From the NCBI RefSeq assembly GCF_009914755.1, contig NC_060939.1: a stretch of 64,000 nucleotides of DNA. One strand, given 5' to 3'. Position 1 is the first letter of the stretch, and each line of letters begins with the position of its first letter. The DNA comes from the human T2T-CHM13v2.0 reference genome, Homo sapiens. The position numbers were made by a program, and so were the translations under genes. Below the pieces are notes generated by a model. It had not been told where the DNA came from, did not search any database, and was given only the letters and a program-made list of their open reading frames with translations. Below are positions 32,076-56,623 of the stretch, piece by piece.

Positions 32076-33237
32076 GTACTAGGATATATATTAGACAGTA
32101 GAGATGAAAAGATCAAAATCACAGTTCATGCCCTAAAGTTACTTGCAGTTGTCTGCAGAGGCAACCATGCAGCTGGATTACAGTGCAAAATGACAATCTA
32201 GAGAGATAAGATTACTAGATGGATCAATAGAGATATATGTTTGTGTCAACACACTTACACCCAGGGCAAAATGATATCAAAGAGCAAAGCAATCCCAAGT
32301 CTACCTGAAAAACAGAAAAGTTCCAAAGGAGAAAATAATTGACTCAAGACTTTAAGGGTGGTAAAGAAGAAGGAGGATGTATTTGTGGAAAATAAAGGCA
32401 TGCAAAATGCAGAAGGAAGCTGAGAGAATATAGCAGCTGACAGGAGTTCAACATGGCTAAGCATTGAGTGTACATGGCTGAGGGACATAGAAGGAGACAA
32501 CTATGTCTGACAGGCAAGGACAGGCAAGGACTAGGGCATTTTATATCATAATAAGGAGTTTAGATTTTTGTCTTGGACATAATAGGAGAAACCCTTGAAG
32601 AGTTTAAGGTAGTTAAATTGGATTTGCCTATTAAGAAGACTGTCTTTCTGGGTTCAGCCTTGAAGATAGATCGGAGAGGATGCGATGGGTGATGAGATGA
32701 GAAGCAAGGAGATTAATCAGAGTAAGAGTCTGGGAATCTGATCCAGAGGAATGGCAAGAGATAATATGATGCCATCTATCACTGGCCTCAACTCCTATTT
32801 TGCTTTATCTTTCTTCAGAAGAAGGGGTTTTAGTTTGTAAAGATTAGCATAAAGATTAATAAGATAAAAGTGAAGCTTAGGATAGGTAAATAAATAAGTT
32901 GGAACTCAGGCCCACATCTAGAGCAAGGGTTGGCAAATTTTATCTATAAAGGACCTGATAGTAAATATTTTAGGCTTTGGGGCCTGCATATTGTCTGTTG
33001 AAACTACTCAGTTTGCCCATTGTAGTATGAAAAAAGGCATGGACAATACATATATGAATAAGCATGATTCTGTTCCAGGAGAATGTTATTTAGAAAAACA
33101 GGTGGCTGACTTTGGCCTGTGGCCTAGAGTTTGGCAGTCCTTAATCTAGAGCACTGAATAAATCGCTGAACCACTGAGAGTTTTGTCTAGGTAGGGTTAT
33201 AGAATAATGGAGCAGCTGAAAGGTAAGATGAAGTAAC

Positions 33238-39022
<5,785 letters not shown>

Positions 39023-39129
39023 GTTTTTTTAATGTCAAAAGTACAGAATATAAATTCCACAAATTGTGACAGTCAACTTGATGTTGATTCTGAAATAAAT
39101 TTAAATTGCATTATTAAAAGATGGTTTGT

Positions 39130-40560
<1,431 letters not shown>

Positions 40561-40692
40561 GAGAGAACAGACACATGTTGAGGGGCTAGAACAAGGACCC
40601 TTATATAGAAAATTCTGGGAGGCAGAATTTTCCTTTTTATTTCTAAGGCAGCATTTTGTGAATGCAGGCAGTATTCTCACAATTCTGAAACA

Positions 40693-41013
<321 letters not shown>

Positions 41014-41121
41014 CTAAAGTTTTCACCTCAAGCTCACATTTAATTGGCTTAGTGTGAACTTGTTTACAATTTGCTCTCCAAAAAAAAAAAGGAGCTCATC
41101 TCATGTGTACGTTTTCTGTTT

Positions 41122-41465
41122 TGGTAGACATTACTAATGTTCACCAATATGCTCTGGTTCTCCTCCTTTTTGACATGTGGGAAGACGTTTGGCCAATGAA
41201 ATGTGAGCAGAAATAATGTATATCATTTCCAGGCAGAAGCATTTAAAAGCATGATTCTCATGCTTCCTTCCCATGTGGTAGTCACTGCGGAAGCCTATAT
41301 AAAGTTGAGGATGCCATCAGATCATAGCACTCAGGAATACTTAGCCACTACATTGAAGACAGGTGCAGTGTTCTTTGCGTGATCAAGAAATAAACTTTTT
41401 TAAAGTCATAAGCCAGTGAAAGTTTTGAAGTTGTTACAGCAGCATAACCTATCCTGTTCTGACTA
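41122..41465 (+). mobile_element. MLT1-type MaLR LTR relic
   Basis: TTGGCCAATGAAATGTGAGCAGAA...AGAAATAAAC...TGTTACAGCAGCATAACCTA. Confidence 0.65.
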
Positions 41466-42644
41466 TTTCCCTCCCCAGTATTTAACAGCTAATATCCCTG
41501 GACCAGAAGTCAGGTGACATGGCTTCTAATCTTCACTCTAACACTAGGTGTGACCCTGCAAAAAAATCAGTTTTGTTTGCTAAAAGTGATTGTTTGAGTA
41601 AAAATTATTGACCACCTCTTTGAGGGAAAAAACCCTGTGATTTTAAAGTCTGTTTTAATATTTTATATGTTCAAAGAAAATAATGTTTATAACTAAAGTA
41701 TATGGTTAAAACACACCTTGCCATTTGATTTTTAAAATTTCATAAAATGCTGCCTATATTAGGACTACTATTATTTATTTTGGATCAGTCTTTTTCTTGT
41801 GTGATATGTGCATTGTTTTAGGCCTTAATATCTGCTAACAAAGTATAATCTAGGTTATCAAACACCTATTAAATCACTGCATGGCTTAATTGACTTGAAA
41901 TTATTTCTATATTGGGTCTTCATGGCCAAAATGAAGTGAGGAAAAAGTAGTTTTTTGTCCCAGATCCCAGATTCCCCCCCCAACTTATTTATTTTTTTAT
42001 TTTTATTTTTTGCTATGTAAAGGATATGGCTTTTGTCCCAGAAATTGGACTATTATCAAGAAGATACCAGAATTTTAGTTTTTCTTTCTTACCAACAGAT
42101 TTATAACTTATCTTCACAATTAGAGGTTTTTTTTCTAAGTTTAGTTACTCTGTAATTATTTGGGCTGAAATATAGCTCTCAGATACATAAATTCCTTAAA
42201 ATATTCAATATTTGAATTGATTTGGTGTAAATCCAGTTTTCCAAGGTTTAGCTTTCCTTTTAAGCCCTACTGCCTTTAATAGAAGCTCAAATTCTTTTCA
42301 AAAATCTGATGAAATCATCTCGTAAGTATGTGTAGTACGTGATCCATACAGTTTCCAGTACTGTTTGAAATTGGCTCTTTGAAAAAACAATCTGTTTCTA
42401 GTTCACATTTTATAGATGAGTCAACAATTGAACATCAATGTATTTTGCTCTTTTAAACACTTTATTCTGAAATAGATTGTACTCTGTAGGTACCAAGTCA
42501 GTATTTACTGAATAAAAGAATTTAACAGAATTATTAAACCAGATATTTTGTGAAGCTAGGATTCAAAGTTCTGCATTTTTAATTTAGTTTATTTCTCCTC
42601 ATTACCTCTATTTAGTTTTTAAAAGTTAAGAATAATTATTTTCC

Positions 42645-42940
<296 letters not shown>

Positions 42941-43437
42941 AATAATTATTATTATTTTCCATATTGTAAAAGACACTTTAAATTCACTAAAATTACATTA
43001 CATTTCCATTTCCATTTCCTTTAAAACAACTAAATCATATGGCAGATCACTTCTGAGTTCTAAACTCTTCTTTATCTATCTAAAATCAGTAAAATTAATT
43101 TAAATACATCTTTATTATAAAAAAAATATGAATTTTGTTTCTAGCAGGCCATGGCTTCTGGTCCTGATCCTGGCCTTGTCACTAGCTATGTGACCTCATA
43201 CAAGTTACTAATGTCTTGGAGCATTTGTTACCTTATTTCTAAAATTAGAGTTGTCTAGTATATGCTTTCTTAGTTTTCTTTTTAAACTCTGTGTTGGTTT
43301 CTGTTTGTGCATTTTTAAATATAATTATTTAATCTAGGTTTTTTCTTTGTTTTCAGGAGCATGTATAATGGCCCATCCTCTAGAACACATTTTCATAGTC
43401 TCTTTGACCTTCTTTAATTCTAATATAACATATATAT

Positions 43438-43845
43438 ACTGGTCAGCATAGGCTAGATTGTGCTGCAGTAACAGCTTCTCTAACTTCAGTGAATTAAAAC
43501 AACAAAGTTTATTTCAGGCTTCTAATACCTGTCTGCCTATGATGTGTGATTTGGGATCTTTGCTCTATGTTGTCCTCATTCTAGTACTCAGGCTTTCAAA
43601 GTACCCACCTGTGGAGTTTTGCAGGTGCTGTAGCAAGGTGAGAGAGAGAATAGTTGTATCATACATTGTCTTTGAAAGTTTTCAACCAGAAGTAAATACA
43701 TGTCACTTTTGTCCATATGACATTGGCCAAAGCAAGTCACATGGCCACATCTAACCTCAAGGGGGCTAGAAGTGCTATCTCACAATGTGTCTTGGATATG
43801 CAAAGACACAAGAATATTTGGTGAACAGCTTTTATGAATAACCAT
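43438..43845 (-). mobile_element. MLT1-type MaLR LTR relic
   Basis: TAGGCTAGATTGTGCTGCAGTAACA...CATTGGCCAAAGCAAGTCACATGGCC. Confidence 0.65.
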
Positions 43846-45383
43846 CAGGTTTTAAATCAAATGTTGAAATCTGGTAGGAGTATAAATTAGAACTGCATTT
43901 ATGGAGGGCAGTTTGCAGACATATCAAAAGGATAGAAATATGTCTACCATTTGATACAGCAGTTTCAGTTTTAATAAATTACTGAACAGACATGGTTCAT
44001 ACATTCATAGAGCTTATTTTATGGCGTGGGAGGCAAGAGGGATAGCACCAGAAAAAATTAAAATGAAACAGGTTAAGTGCTATGATAGAGAAGTATGTAG
44101 GGTGATACTAAAACATATAGAAAACATTCTCATCCTCTATTTTCCAGTTGACTGATTCTCTCTTCAGCTGTGTATAATCTGCTATTAAATCTCCCTTTGT
44201 TGAATTTTAAATTTCAATTCTTATAATTTTTTGTTTCTAAAAGAGTTATTCTTCAAATCTGCTAAGTTACTTGTTATGGTTTCCTGTCTCTGAAGATGTT
44301 TTCAAGCTTGTCTTTTATGAATAAATTGTTTTCTCAAATTATCGTATTATTTTGAGTATCTACAAATCTTTTGGTAATGAAAATTAAAAGTTACGTGGTT
44401 ATAATTTATTAAAATCTGACAGTCTTCGGGGGAAAAATTGTCCAGATTGTGTATATAGATTATAACCTTTAAAAAAATTGCTCATAGTGAATATTATAAA
44501 CTGATACACAGAAATTGTAAGATTTGAGTTAGGTGTTTGGGATTATGACTGATTTTTAAGCATTTTTCTAAACTGTTTGTAAGGTTATTTTGTCATTTCT
44601 ACTTTTTCCAGCTTTGTTGAGGTATGATTGATGAAACTATATAAAATTAAGGTGTACAGTGTGGTGATTTGATGTGTATGATAAAATGATTACCACAATC
44701 AAGTTAGTTAATATTTCTATCACTTCACCTGATTATCTTTTTTTTTTTGTAGTTAGAACATATAAGATCTATTCTCTTAGCAAATGCCAAGATTACAATA
44801 CAAGATTATTAACTACGGTCATCATGCTATATTTCATAGCTTTTAGAATTTAAAAAATGAGACTGGGCAACACAATTTAAAAACAAACCAAAAGTAATTA
44901 TATTAATGGGGAGTAATTTATTAATATAATTGGAGTTTTAAAAGATATTTACCCTGGTTTTTTCATCAAAAAGTTCTGATTTTCTATCACAGATCCAGTC
45001 AACATTGTTAGATGTATCACTTTTATCCTTCTTACCTTGATGATAGAAAGTTTAAACCTATGTGGAACCATGATGCACAGCGTACAAAAGGAAAATGATG
45101 CAAACATACTTCTCCTTTTCTTCTCATTCTTTTTTCTTTCTTGTATGAGCTAGGTTCACGTCACCTCCAGAGTTGGGAATAGAGTTAGGAATGCACAGAT
45201 TTTTAGCATTAAGAGGAAAGAAGAAAATAAAGAGAAACATACTAAATTTTTCTTTGAGAGTATATTTTCTGCTAGTAAATACTATGCCTCTCAAGAAGAA
45301 AACTGTGCTTAATAGGACCAATGATATTTAGCATTAAAAAATGGTTAAACTCTTCATAATACTTTTCGGAAAATGTCTTTTAG

Positions 45384-45467
45384 GAAGAAGAAAGGCGTAT
45401 GGCATCTGTTTTAGCCAAAAAAGAGGAAGAGAAGAAGCGGGAAAGTCATAAACAATCTTTGCTTAAG
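45384..45467 (+). CDS. LRRC49: LRRC49 internal coding exon C (84 nt, phase 0 to 0); charged coiled coil
   Basis: Acceptor tgtcttttag|GAA, donor AAG|gtattt; EEERRMASVLAKKEEEKKRESHKQSLLK completes the cap motif ...RIT|EEER. Confidence 0.9.
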
Positions 45468-46190
45468 GTATTTTCTCTGATGTCTACATGGATGTGTGTG
45501 CACACGTAGACACACATACCCCAAAGCCAGCTAGCTAGTCTACTGGAAAAGTGGTTTCTAAACTTTGTAAGTTTTTTGTTCCTATCAACAGAATGTACGT
45601 ACCCCTAAAACTTTTACAAGTTATTACCTATAAATAAACCTGTACTTAAGAAATAAAATATGATATACATTATAAAATAAATGCAAAGGCTAGTTTTAAA
45701 AGGAAGAGATGATAAATAAATATAATTGAAGTTATAACACTTTTATTTCATACCAGTGCATCATCTTGTGTATCCCATGGCCTATTCACTTCCTTTTGGA
45801 ACGTACTGTAATTGACTGTCATCTTTACTGATATATTTTAATGAGCTCTGCTACGTTTTTTTTTTTTAATGATAGCTTTTTAAATTTAAAAAGTTTATGA
45901 TATAGAAGTGATAAAGATTTTGTGGAACTTAGGAATGAAAATTTGTTTTAAACTGGTTTTAAATGATTTAGCAGATATTAATTTCCTTAAATAAAATATT
46001 CTCTTTTAAATATTTTATATTAACATTGCAAAGTATAAGTAAAGGCAGCTTTAAGTTTATAGTTCATAATATGCATCATGCTGTGTTCTAAAATTAAGGA
46101 CATCACCCTGATTATCATTACTCATTCATGTTCTATATAGATGCTTTTCTTTTTAAAATTAAAGTGGCACTCAGAATTCAAAAAAATGAC

Positions 46191-46306
46191 TAGCCAGGCA
46201 AGGTGGTATGTACCTGAAGTCTTAACTACTTGGGAGGCTAAGGTAGAGGATTGCTTGAGCCCAGGAATTAAGTCCAGCTTGGAAAATACAGTGAGACAAA
46301 ACAAAA
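46191..46306 (+). mobile_element. FLAM-type Alu monomer
   Basis: Single diverged left-arm monomer ending CAGTGAGACAAAACAAAA. Confidence 0.75.
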
Positions 46307-46502
46307 TGTCACTAAATAGGACTCTTTAGTTACGAGGTTTACTTAGTATTTTTATTTTTAGTAAGAGGAAAAGCATGGGGAATCAGGAGACCCAGGTTCT
46401 AGCCCTAGCTCAGATTTGGAATCATGATACAACAGACCCTCAGCATTTGCTGAGGATTGCTCGTGCAACTCTACATATTGATCATTAAGAAAATGGGATG
46501 GA

Positions 46503-46810
46503 CATTCTCAGCAAACTAACACAGGAACAGAAAACCAAACACTGCATGTTCTTACTCATGAGTGGGAGTTGAACAATGAGAACACATGGACACAGGGAGG
46601 GGAACATCACACACCGGGGCCTGTTGGAGGGTGGGGGGGCTAGGGGACGGATAGCATTAGGAGAAATACCTAATGTAGATGACGGGTTGATGGGTGCAGC
46701 AAACCACCATGGCACATGTATACCTATGTAACAAACCTGCACGTTCTGCATATGTATCCTAGAACTTAAAGTATAATTTAAAAAAAAAAAGAATGCTAAA
46801 AAATAAAAAA
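46503..46810 (+). mobile_element. Short 5'-truncated L1PA7-like 3' end, sense to the gene
   Basis: L1 3' UTR and A tail; 16-bp TSD AAGAAAATGG(G/A)ATGGA at 46487-46502 and 46811-46826. Confidence 0.93.
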
Positions 46811-47903
46811 AAGAAAATGGAATGGATTGGTTACAGGAAGAGTGTATAGATACTGTCTTCTGCCTTGTTGCTTTTCTATTTTTTTATTTTCCTTGTAACC
46901 TTAGAAGTGAAGGAAAGTGAAACTTATGGCATATACTGGTATGGTCTTGCCTGGACTATGAAAAGTAGACTCAAATGGCAGAAACTGGAATTTGGCACCT
47001 TCTAAAATATTTGTCACTTTAGCACAGACTTGGCCATTTATTGGCACCTAGCTATTAGAAACATAATTGTCGCTGATATCCCAAATGCTTCTGTGATCTT
47101 TACACTTTACTTTGGGTACCCCCTTATGCCTTGCAGAATCTCTAGCATTCTCTAACCTTTCTTTTGCTTCTTCTTTTTTTTTTTTTTTTTTTTCCTCCAC
47201 AGATGCATAGAGCCCTTATGTGTCCTCCTGGCCAGCCATTAATCCCCACCTGACATTAAGACAGGCTATACTCCTGTCTTAAAATATGTCTTCCCTTTTC
47301 CGGGCCCCAGTAAAATTAATCATTCTCTTAGTCAACCTGGTAATGATCTGATTTTAATAACCCAAATTAAAGAAGCTTAACTTTTGCACTAATATAGGAA
47401 AACGTTTGCATTTTCAAAGATTATCTTATTATAAATTTAACATACTCAGTGGTCTAAAGATATTTTATGCCCTTTTTCTAAGCACTGCTTTATCTATGTC
47501 ATTCTGAGTATTTCTTTCGCCTACCCCTGCCAGCCAGAAATCCAAAAGCATGAAGCCAACTGAGAACCATCAGCCATTAACTCACTGCCCTGGCCTCTTT
47601 CAAAGTGGCCTTGATACTGAGTAAAAAAAACAGAGTTGCTTAGATTACAAATTGGGTTGGCATAGTCATCAGCAAGTAACTTAAATAGAATTCCTTAAGG
47701 TAAGAAGCATTTTTATTATAGAATGGGGAAAAAATGTTTTTACAATAGGAATTGCAGATTTCTACTTGCTTTATATAAGGAGCACATACATAGAATGTCA
47801 GAAAGTCTCCAAAGTATATACATATTAAATATAACCCACTGAATTGTACACAAAATTTTGAAACACCAAACAACAGAAAAAAAGAAAGCCAGGCCCAAAA
47901 CAT

Positions 47904-48065
47904 TTTTTTTAGAGATGGGGTCTTGCTGTGTTGCCCAGGCTGGAATGCAGTTCACAGGTGTGACTGTAGCACACTACAGCTTTCAACTCCTGGGTTCAAG
48001 CAGTCCTCCTGCATTAGCCTCCCAAGTAGTTGAGATTTCAAGTGTGCACCACTGCACTCCCCCAG
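47904..48065 (-). mobile_element. FAM-type fossil Alu monomer
   Basis: Keeps the 7SL-derived TTCACAGGTGTGA segment absent from dimeric Alus; flanks share AAAACAT. Confidence 0.75.
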
Positions 48066-48583
48066 AAAACATGTTTAAAACAGAAATAGAACTTTTAAAA
48101 CTTTAGTTTTAATTAAGCAAGCCATATCACTTTTTATTCCTATCTAATGCCATGCATACATGCTAAAATCTTAGATAACCAAAAATTATGCAAACATATG
48201 CAAAGAGGTACAACTAAAAAGAATTATTCTACATGTACTGAAGGAGTGGACAGAGAATCTTCCTACTAGCCTTCTGTGGCTTCAGGGCCAGCAGGTGAAG
48301 AGGGGTCAGTATCACACTCAGCTGATTTTTCAATGCAGGATTGTAGTCTTAGTAAAGAGGAAAAGGAAAGTGTCTGTTTTCAGCATTCTGATCTAATTGA
48401 CAAGCTGTAATTAAATATTATCTTTTGATAATGGAAACTTTACCAGAATAGGGATTTTTTTTTCTATTAATATATATAAATTGAATAGAAACGTTTCAAT
48501 TTAGCACAATTTCTTTCAGTAGTCTAGATCTGCTTTTTCACAAGAGGGTTTCTATGAGATGACTGAGCTCCAATGCTGGAAGT

Positions 48584-48732
48584 CAGTGGTTCTCAAAGTG
48601 AGGTTCATGAACTAGCAATATTAGAATACTTAGGAGAATTCAAATTCTCAAACCCTATGCCCAAAACTCTAAATCAGCAATCTGTTATAAGCTCCAGGTG
48701 ATTTGAGGTACCCTGAAATTTGAGAACCACTA
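48584..48732. mobile_element. MER5A-type MITE
   Basis: Terminal inverted repeats CAGTGGTTCTCAAA ... TTTGAGAACCACTA. Confidence 0.8.
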
Positions 48733-49375
48733 CCTTAAGACATCCGTTGCTTATAATGAATTAATTTCTTTCCTACTCATCTGGAATGGTACTAGTTATC
48801 TAGAGACATTTCAACCTAGTACAATTTCTTTTAATAGTCTAGAGAATAATTTTTAAATTTCAGACAGTATAATTTATTCTGAGAAACTTGGAACATTGAT
48901 CAACTCCTTCCCTTCCCCCCCTCCAAGATTATTTCACCTTACCAGTCTTAATTATTGAGTAGAAAAACTAAAATATCATTAGTTTTTTCTTACTGTGTTA
49001 GAGGCATATAAATTTCTGTTTAAAACTTCAGATAACATTAAGTATGTAAAAATTTATGTGAAATTAAAACTTCAGATTTTGAATTTTTAATCTCTAGTTG
49101 GTTGTATATTTATTTTTAATAAAATTAAGTTCCTAAAGAGCAATAATTGTTTGCATTTTTTTCCTTTAGAGTTAGATAATTATTGAGATTTTTGGATGCA
49201 GAGAGTAAATACAGGCCTCTTGAATCTTGTTTTAGAATGTATTGGGTATCTACTTAAAAGGAACAGGCTCCTTTTAAAAGTATTATAAGAAGGCACAAAC
49301 AATATGCCCCTTAGATGTCACTTCTGCTACAAAAATTGCATTATATAACTTTTGTCACAATTAACTTTTTCATAG

Positions 49376-49539
49376 GAGAAGAAAAGGTTAACAATTAACA
49401 ACGTAGCTCGACAGTGGGACTTGCAACAACAACGAGTAGCCAATATTGCTACAAATGAAGATAGAAAAGATTCTGACTCTCCTCAGGACCCCTGTCAGAT
49501 TGATGGAAGCACCCTCTCTGCATTCCCAGAGGAAACAGG
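49376..49539 (+). CDS. LRRC49: LRRC49 internal coding exon D (164 nt, phase 0 to 2)
   Basis: Acceptor ttaactttttcatag|GAG, donor AGG|gtatgc; open frame EKKRLTINNVARQWDLQQQ...AFPEETG continues exon C. Confidence 0.88.
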
Positions 49540-50128
49540 GTATGCAATGGTATTTTTTCAAGATACAAGCATCTTTGATAATTGAATTTGGAGTGGGAAT
49601 TAGAAACCATTTTACATATAATTATTTTAAAAGGGTTTTCTTAAGAAAACTTGCTGAAATTAGAAATTAAGATGGAAAAGTTGAAAATATAAATCTTACT
49701 ATAACATTCTCCAAATTAAAACATGCTTCATAGGGCATTTCATATTTTTTATAGGGAAAAGTCTAGATTTCTTAATATAGTCTATGATGTCTTTTGCCCA
49801 CTTCATCTCTTTTATCTCATGCCATCAACCATGTTCTTCTGCTATTGCAGCATCACTGTCTGTCTTTCAGTTCAGTTACTTCCTACTTCAGAACATTTCT
49901 TTTTTATTATTATTACTATTATTATTATACTTTAAGTTTTAGGGTACATGTGCACAATGTGCAGGTTAGTTACATATGTATACATGTGCCATGCTGGTGT
50001 GCTGCACCAATTAACTCGTCATTTAGCATTAGGTATATCTCCTAAAGCTATCCCTCCCCCCTCCCCCCACCCCACAACAGTCCCCAGAGTGTGATGTTCC
50101 CCTTCCTGTGTCCATGTGTTCTCATTGT

Positions 50129-53959
<3,831 letters not shown>

Positions 53960-54022
53960 TATGATGTTAGCTGGTTATTTTGCTCATTAGTTGATGCAGT
54001 TTCTTCCTAGTCTCGATGGCCT

Positions 54023-55033
54023 TTACAATTTGGCATGATTTTGCAGTGGCTGGTACCGGTTGTTCCTTTCCATGTTTAGTGCTTCCTTCAGGAGCTCTTT
54101 TAGGGCAGGCCTGGTGGTGACAAAATCTCTCAGCATTTGCTTGTCTGTAAAGTATTTTATTTCTCCTTCACTTATGAAGCTTAGTTTGGCTGTATATGAA
54201 ATTCTGGGTTGAAAATTCTTTTCTTTAAGAATGTTGAATATTGACCCCCACTCTCTTCTGGCTTGTAGAGTTTCTGCTGATTGATCTGCTGTTAGTCTGA
54301 TGGGCTTCCCTTTGTGGGTAACCTGACCTTTCTCTCTGGCTGTGCTTAACATTTTTTCCTTCATTTCAACTTTGGTGAATCTAACAATTATGTGTCTTGG
54401 AGTTGCTCTTCTCGAGGAGTATCTTTGTGGCATTCTCTGTATTTCCTGAATCTGAATGTTGGCCTGCCTTGCTGGATTGGGAAAGTTCTCCTGGATAATA
54501 TCCTGCAGAGTGTTTTCCAACTTGGTTCCATTCTCCCCATCACTTTCAGGTACACCAATCAGACGTAGATTTGGTCTTTTCATATAGTCCCATAGTTCTT
54601 GGAGGCTTTGTTCGTTTCTATTCTTTTTTTTCTAAACTTCCCTTCTTGCTTCATTTCATTCATTTCATCTTCCATCACTGATATCCTTTCTTCCAGTTGA
54701 TCGCATCGGCTCCTGAGGCTTCTGCATTCTTCACGTAGTTCTCGAGCCTTGGCTTTCAGCTCCATCAGCTCCTTTCAGCACTTCTCTGTATTGGTTATTC
54801 TAGTTATACATTCGTCTAAATTTTTTTCAGTTTTCAACTTCTTTGCCTTTGGTTTGAATTTCCTCCTGTAGCTCGGAGTAGTTTGATCATCTGAAGCCTT
54901 CTTCTTTCAACTCGTCAAAGTCATTCTCCGTCCAGCTTTGTTCCATTGCTGGTGAGGAGCTGTGTTACTTTGGAGGAGGAGAGGCGCTCTGCTTTTTAGA
55001 GTTTCCAGTTTTTCTGCTCTGTTTTTTCCCCAT
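54023..55033 (-). pseudogene. L1 ORF1, frameshifted
   Basis: ATG at 55033; fragments 54580-54765 and 54023-54583 lie in different frames. Confidence 0.92.
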
Positions 55034-56066
55034 CTTTGTGGTTTTGTCTACTTTTGGTCTTTGATGATGGTGATGTACAGATGGGTTTTTGGTGTGGATG
55101 TCCTTTCTGTTTGTTAGTTTTCCTTCTAACAAACAGGACCCTCAGCTGCAGGTTTGTTGGAGTTTGCTAGAGGCCCACTCCAGACCCTGTTTGCCTGGGT
55201 ACCAGCAGCGGTGGCGGCAGAACAGCGGATTTTTGTGAACCGCGAATGCTGCTGTCTGATCGTTCCTCTTGAAGTTTTGTCTCAGAGGAGTACCCGGCTG
55301 TGTGAGGTGTCATTCTGCCCCTACTGGGGGGTGCCTCCCAGTTAGGCTGCTCGGGGGTCAGGGGTCAGGGACCCACTTGAGGAGGCAGTCTGCCCGTTCT
55401 CAGATCTCCAGCTGCGTGCTGGGAGAACCACTGCTGTCTTCAAAGCTGTCAGATAGGGACATTTAAGTCTGCGGAGGTTACTGCTGTCTTTTTGTTTGTC
55501 TGTGCCCTGCCCCCAGAGGTGGAGCCTACAGAGGCAGGCAGGCCTCCTTGAGCTGTGGTGGGCTCCACTCAGTTGGAGCTTCCTGGCTGCTGTGTTTACC
55601 TAAGCAAGCCTGGGCAATGGCAGGCTCCCCTCCCCCAGCCTCGCTGCTGCCTTGCAGTTTGATCTCAGACTGCTGTGCTAGCAATCAGTGAGACTCCGTG
55701 GGCATAGGACCCTCCGAGCCATGTGCGGGATATAATCTCCTGGTGCGCCATTTTTTAAGCCCATCGGAAAAGCACAGTATTGGGGTGGGAGTGACCCAAT
55801 TTTCCAGGTGCCATCTGTCACCGCTTTCTTTGACTAGGAAAGGGAACTCCCTGACCCCTTGCACTTCCCAAGTGAGGCAATGCCTCACCCTGCTTCGGCT
55901 CATGCATGGTGCGCTGCACCCACTGTCCTGCGCCCACTGTCTGGCACTCCCTAGTGAGATGAACCCAGTACCTCAGATGGAAATGCAGAAATCACCCGTC
56001 TTCTGCGTCACTCACGCTGGGAGCTGTAGACCGGAGCTGTTCCTATTCGGCCATCTTGGCTCCAGC
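55034..56066. promoter_or_regulatory. L1 5' UTR: internal sense promoter (fires on - strand) and antisense promoter region (fires on + strand)
   Basis: YY1-type CAAGATGGCC at the 5' end; ORF0 start GCAATGGCAGG at 55617. Activity is established for the family, untested for this copy. Confidence 0.7.
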
Positions 56067-56623
56067 CAGAACCTTTCTTATAGGGATAGTGTTTTTCTGC
56101 CCTAACACCAATCACTTCCCTGCACTATTTCTCTGATCCCGCCCTAGCTAACTTCAGCAAACCCACAGAGGTCTGAAGTTTAAACTTCACATGTTCCAAA
56201 AAAGCCTTCCCTAACTCCAAGTTGGTAGGTAGTTGTTTCATGTGTGTCTTCCCCATTAGAATGTAAGCTTCATGAGGAAAGGAATCCTGCTTGATTGACT
56301 TGACTCCTGCTGTGTCCTCAGCAGCCAGCACAAAACCTTCCTCTTTAACTACTGGTAGTAAGCAATTGGGCATATAATCTGAAAGTTACTCCAGCTGTGA
56401 TCTATACTATCTGTCTATTCCAGTGGCTCACAACCTCTTTTCTTCTATGATACATTTATCACATGATAATATATCCCTAGGTTTATGAGCAATGCTGAAT
56501 GCATTATCTAGACTCCACATGTTTCTCTTCCTCTTAGAAAAGCATATTGGAATCAAGTAAATTCAGAGGGACATAAAGCATTTATATCTTTATAGTGCAT
56601 GTATAATTTAAATATATATTTGT

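Noticed and set aside
49373-49378. NAGNAG tandem acceptor TAG/GAG at exon D
   Set aside because: GAG is a poor acceptor; at most it would drop one Glu, and there is no evidence of use.
49446-49670. 74-aa ORF overlapping exon D
   Set aside because: Wrong frame relative to the spliced LRRC49 frame, non-ATG start, and it runs into intron.
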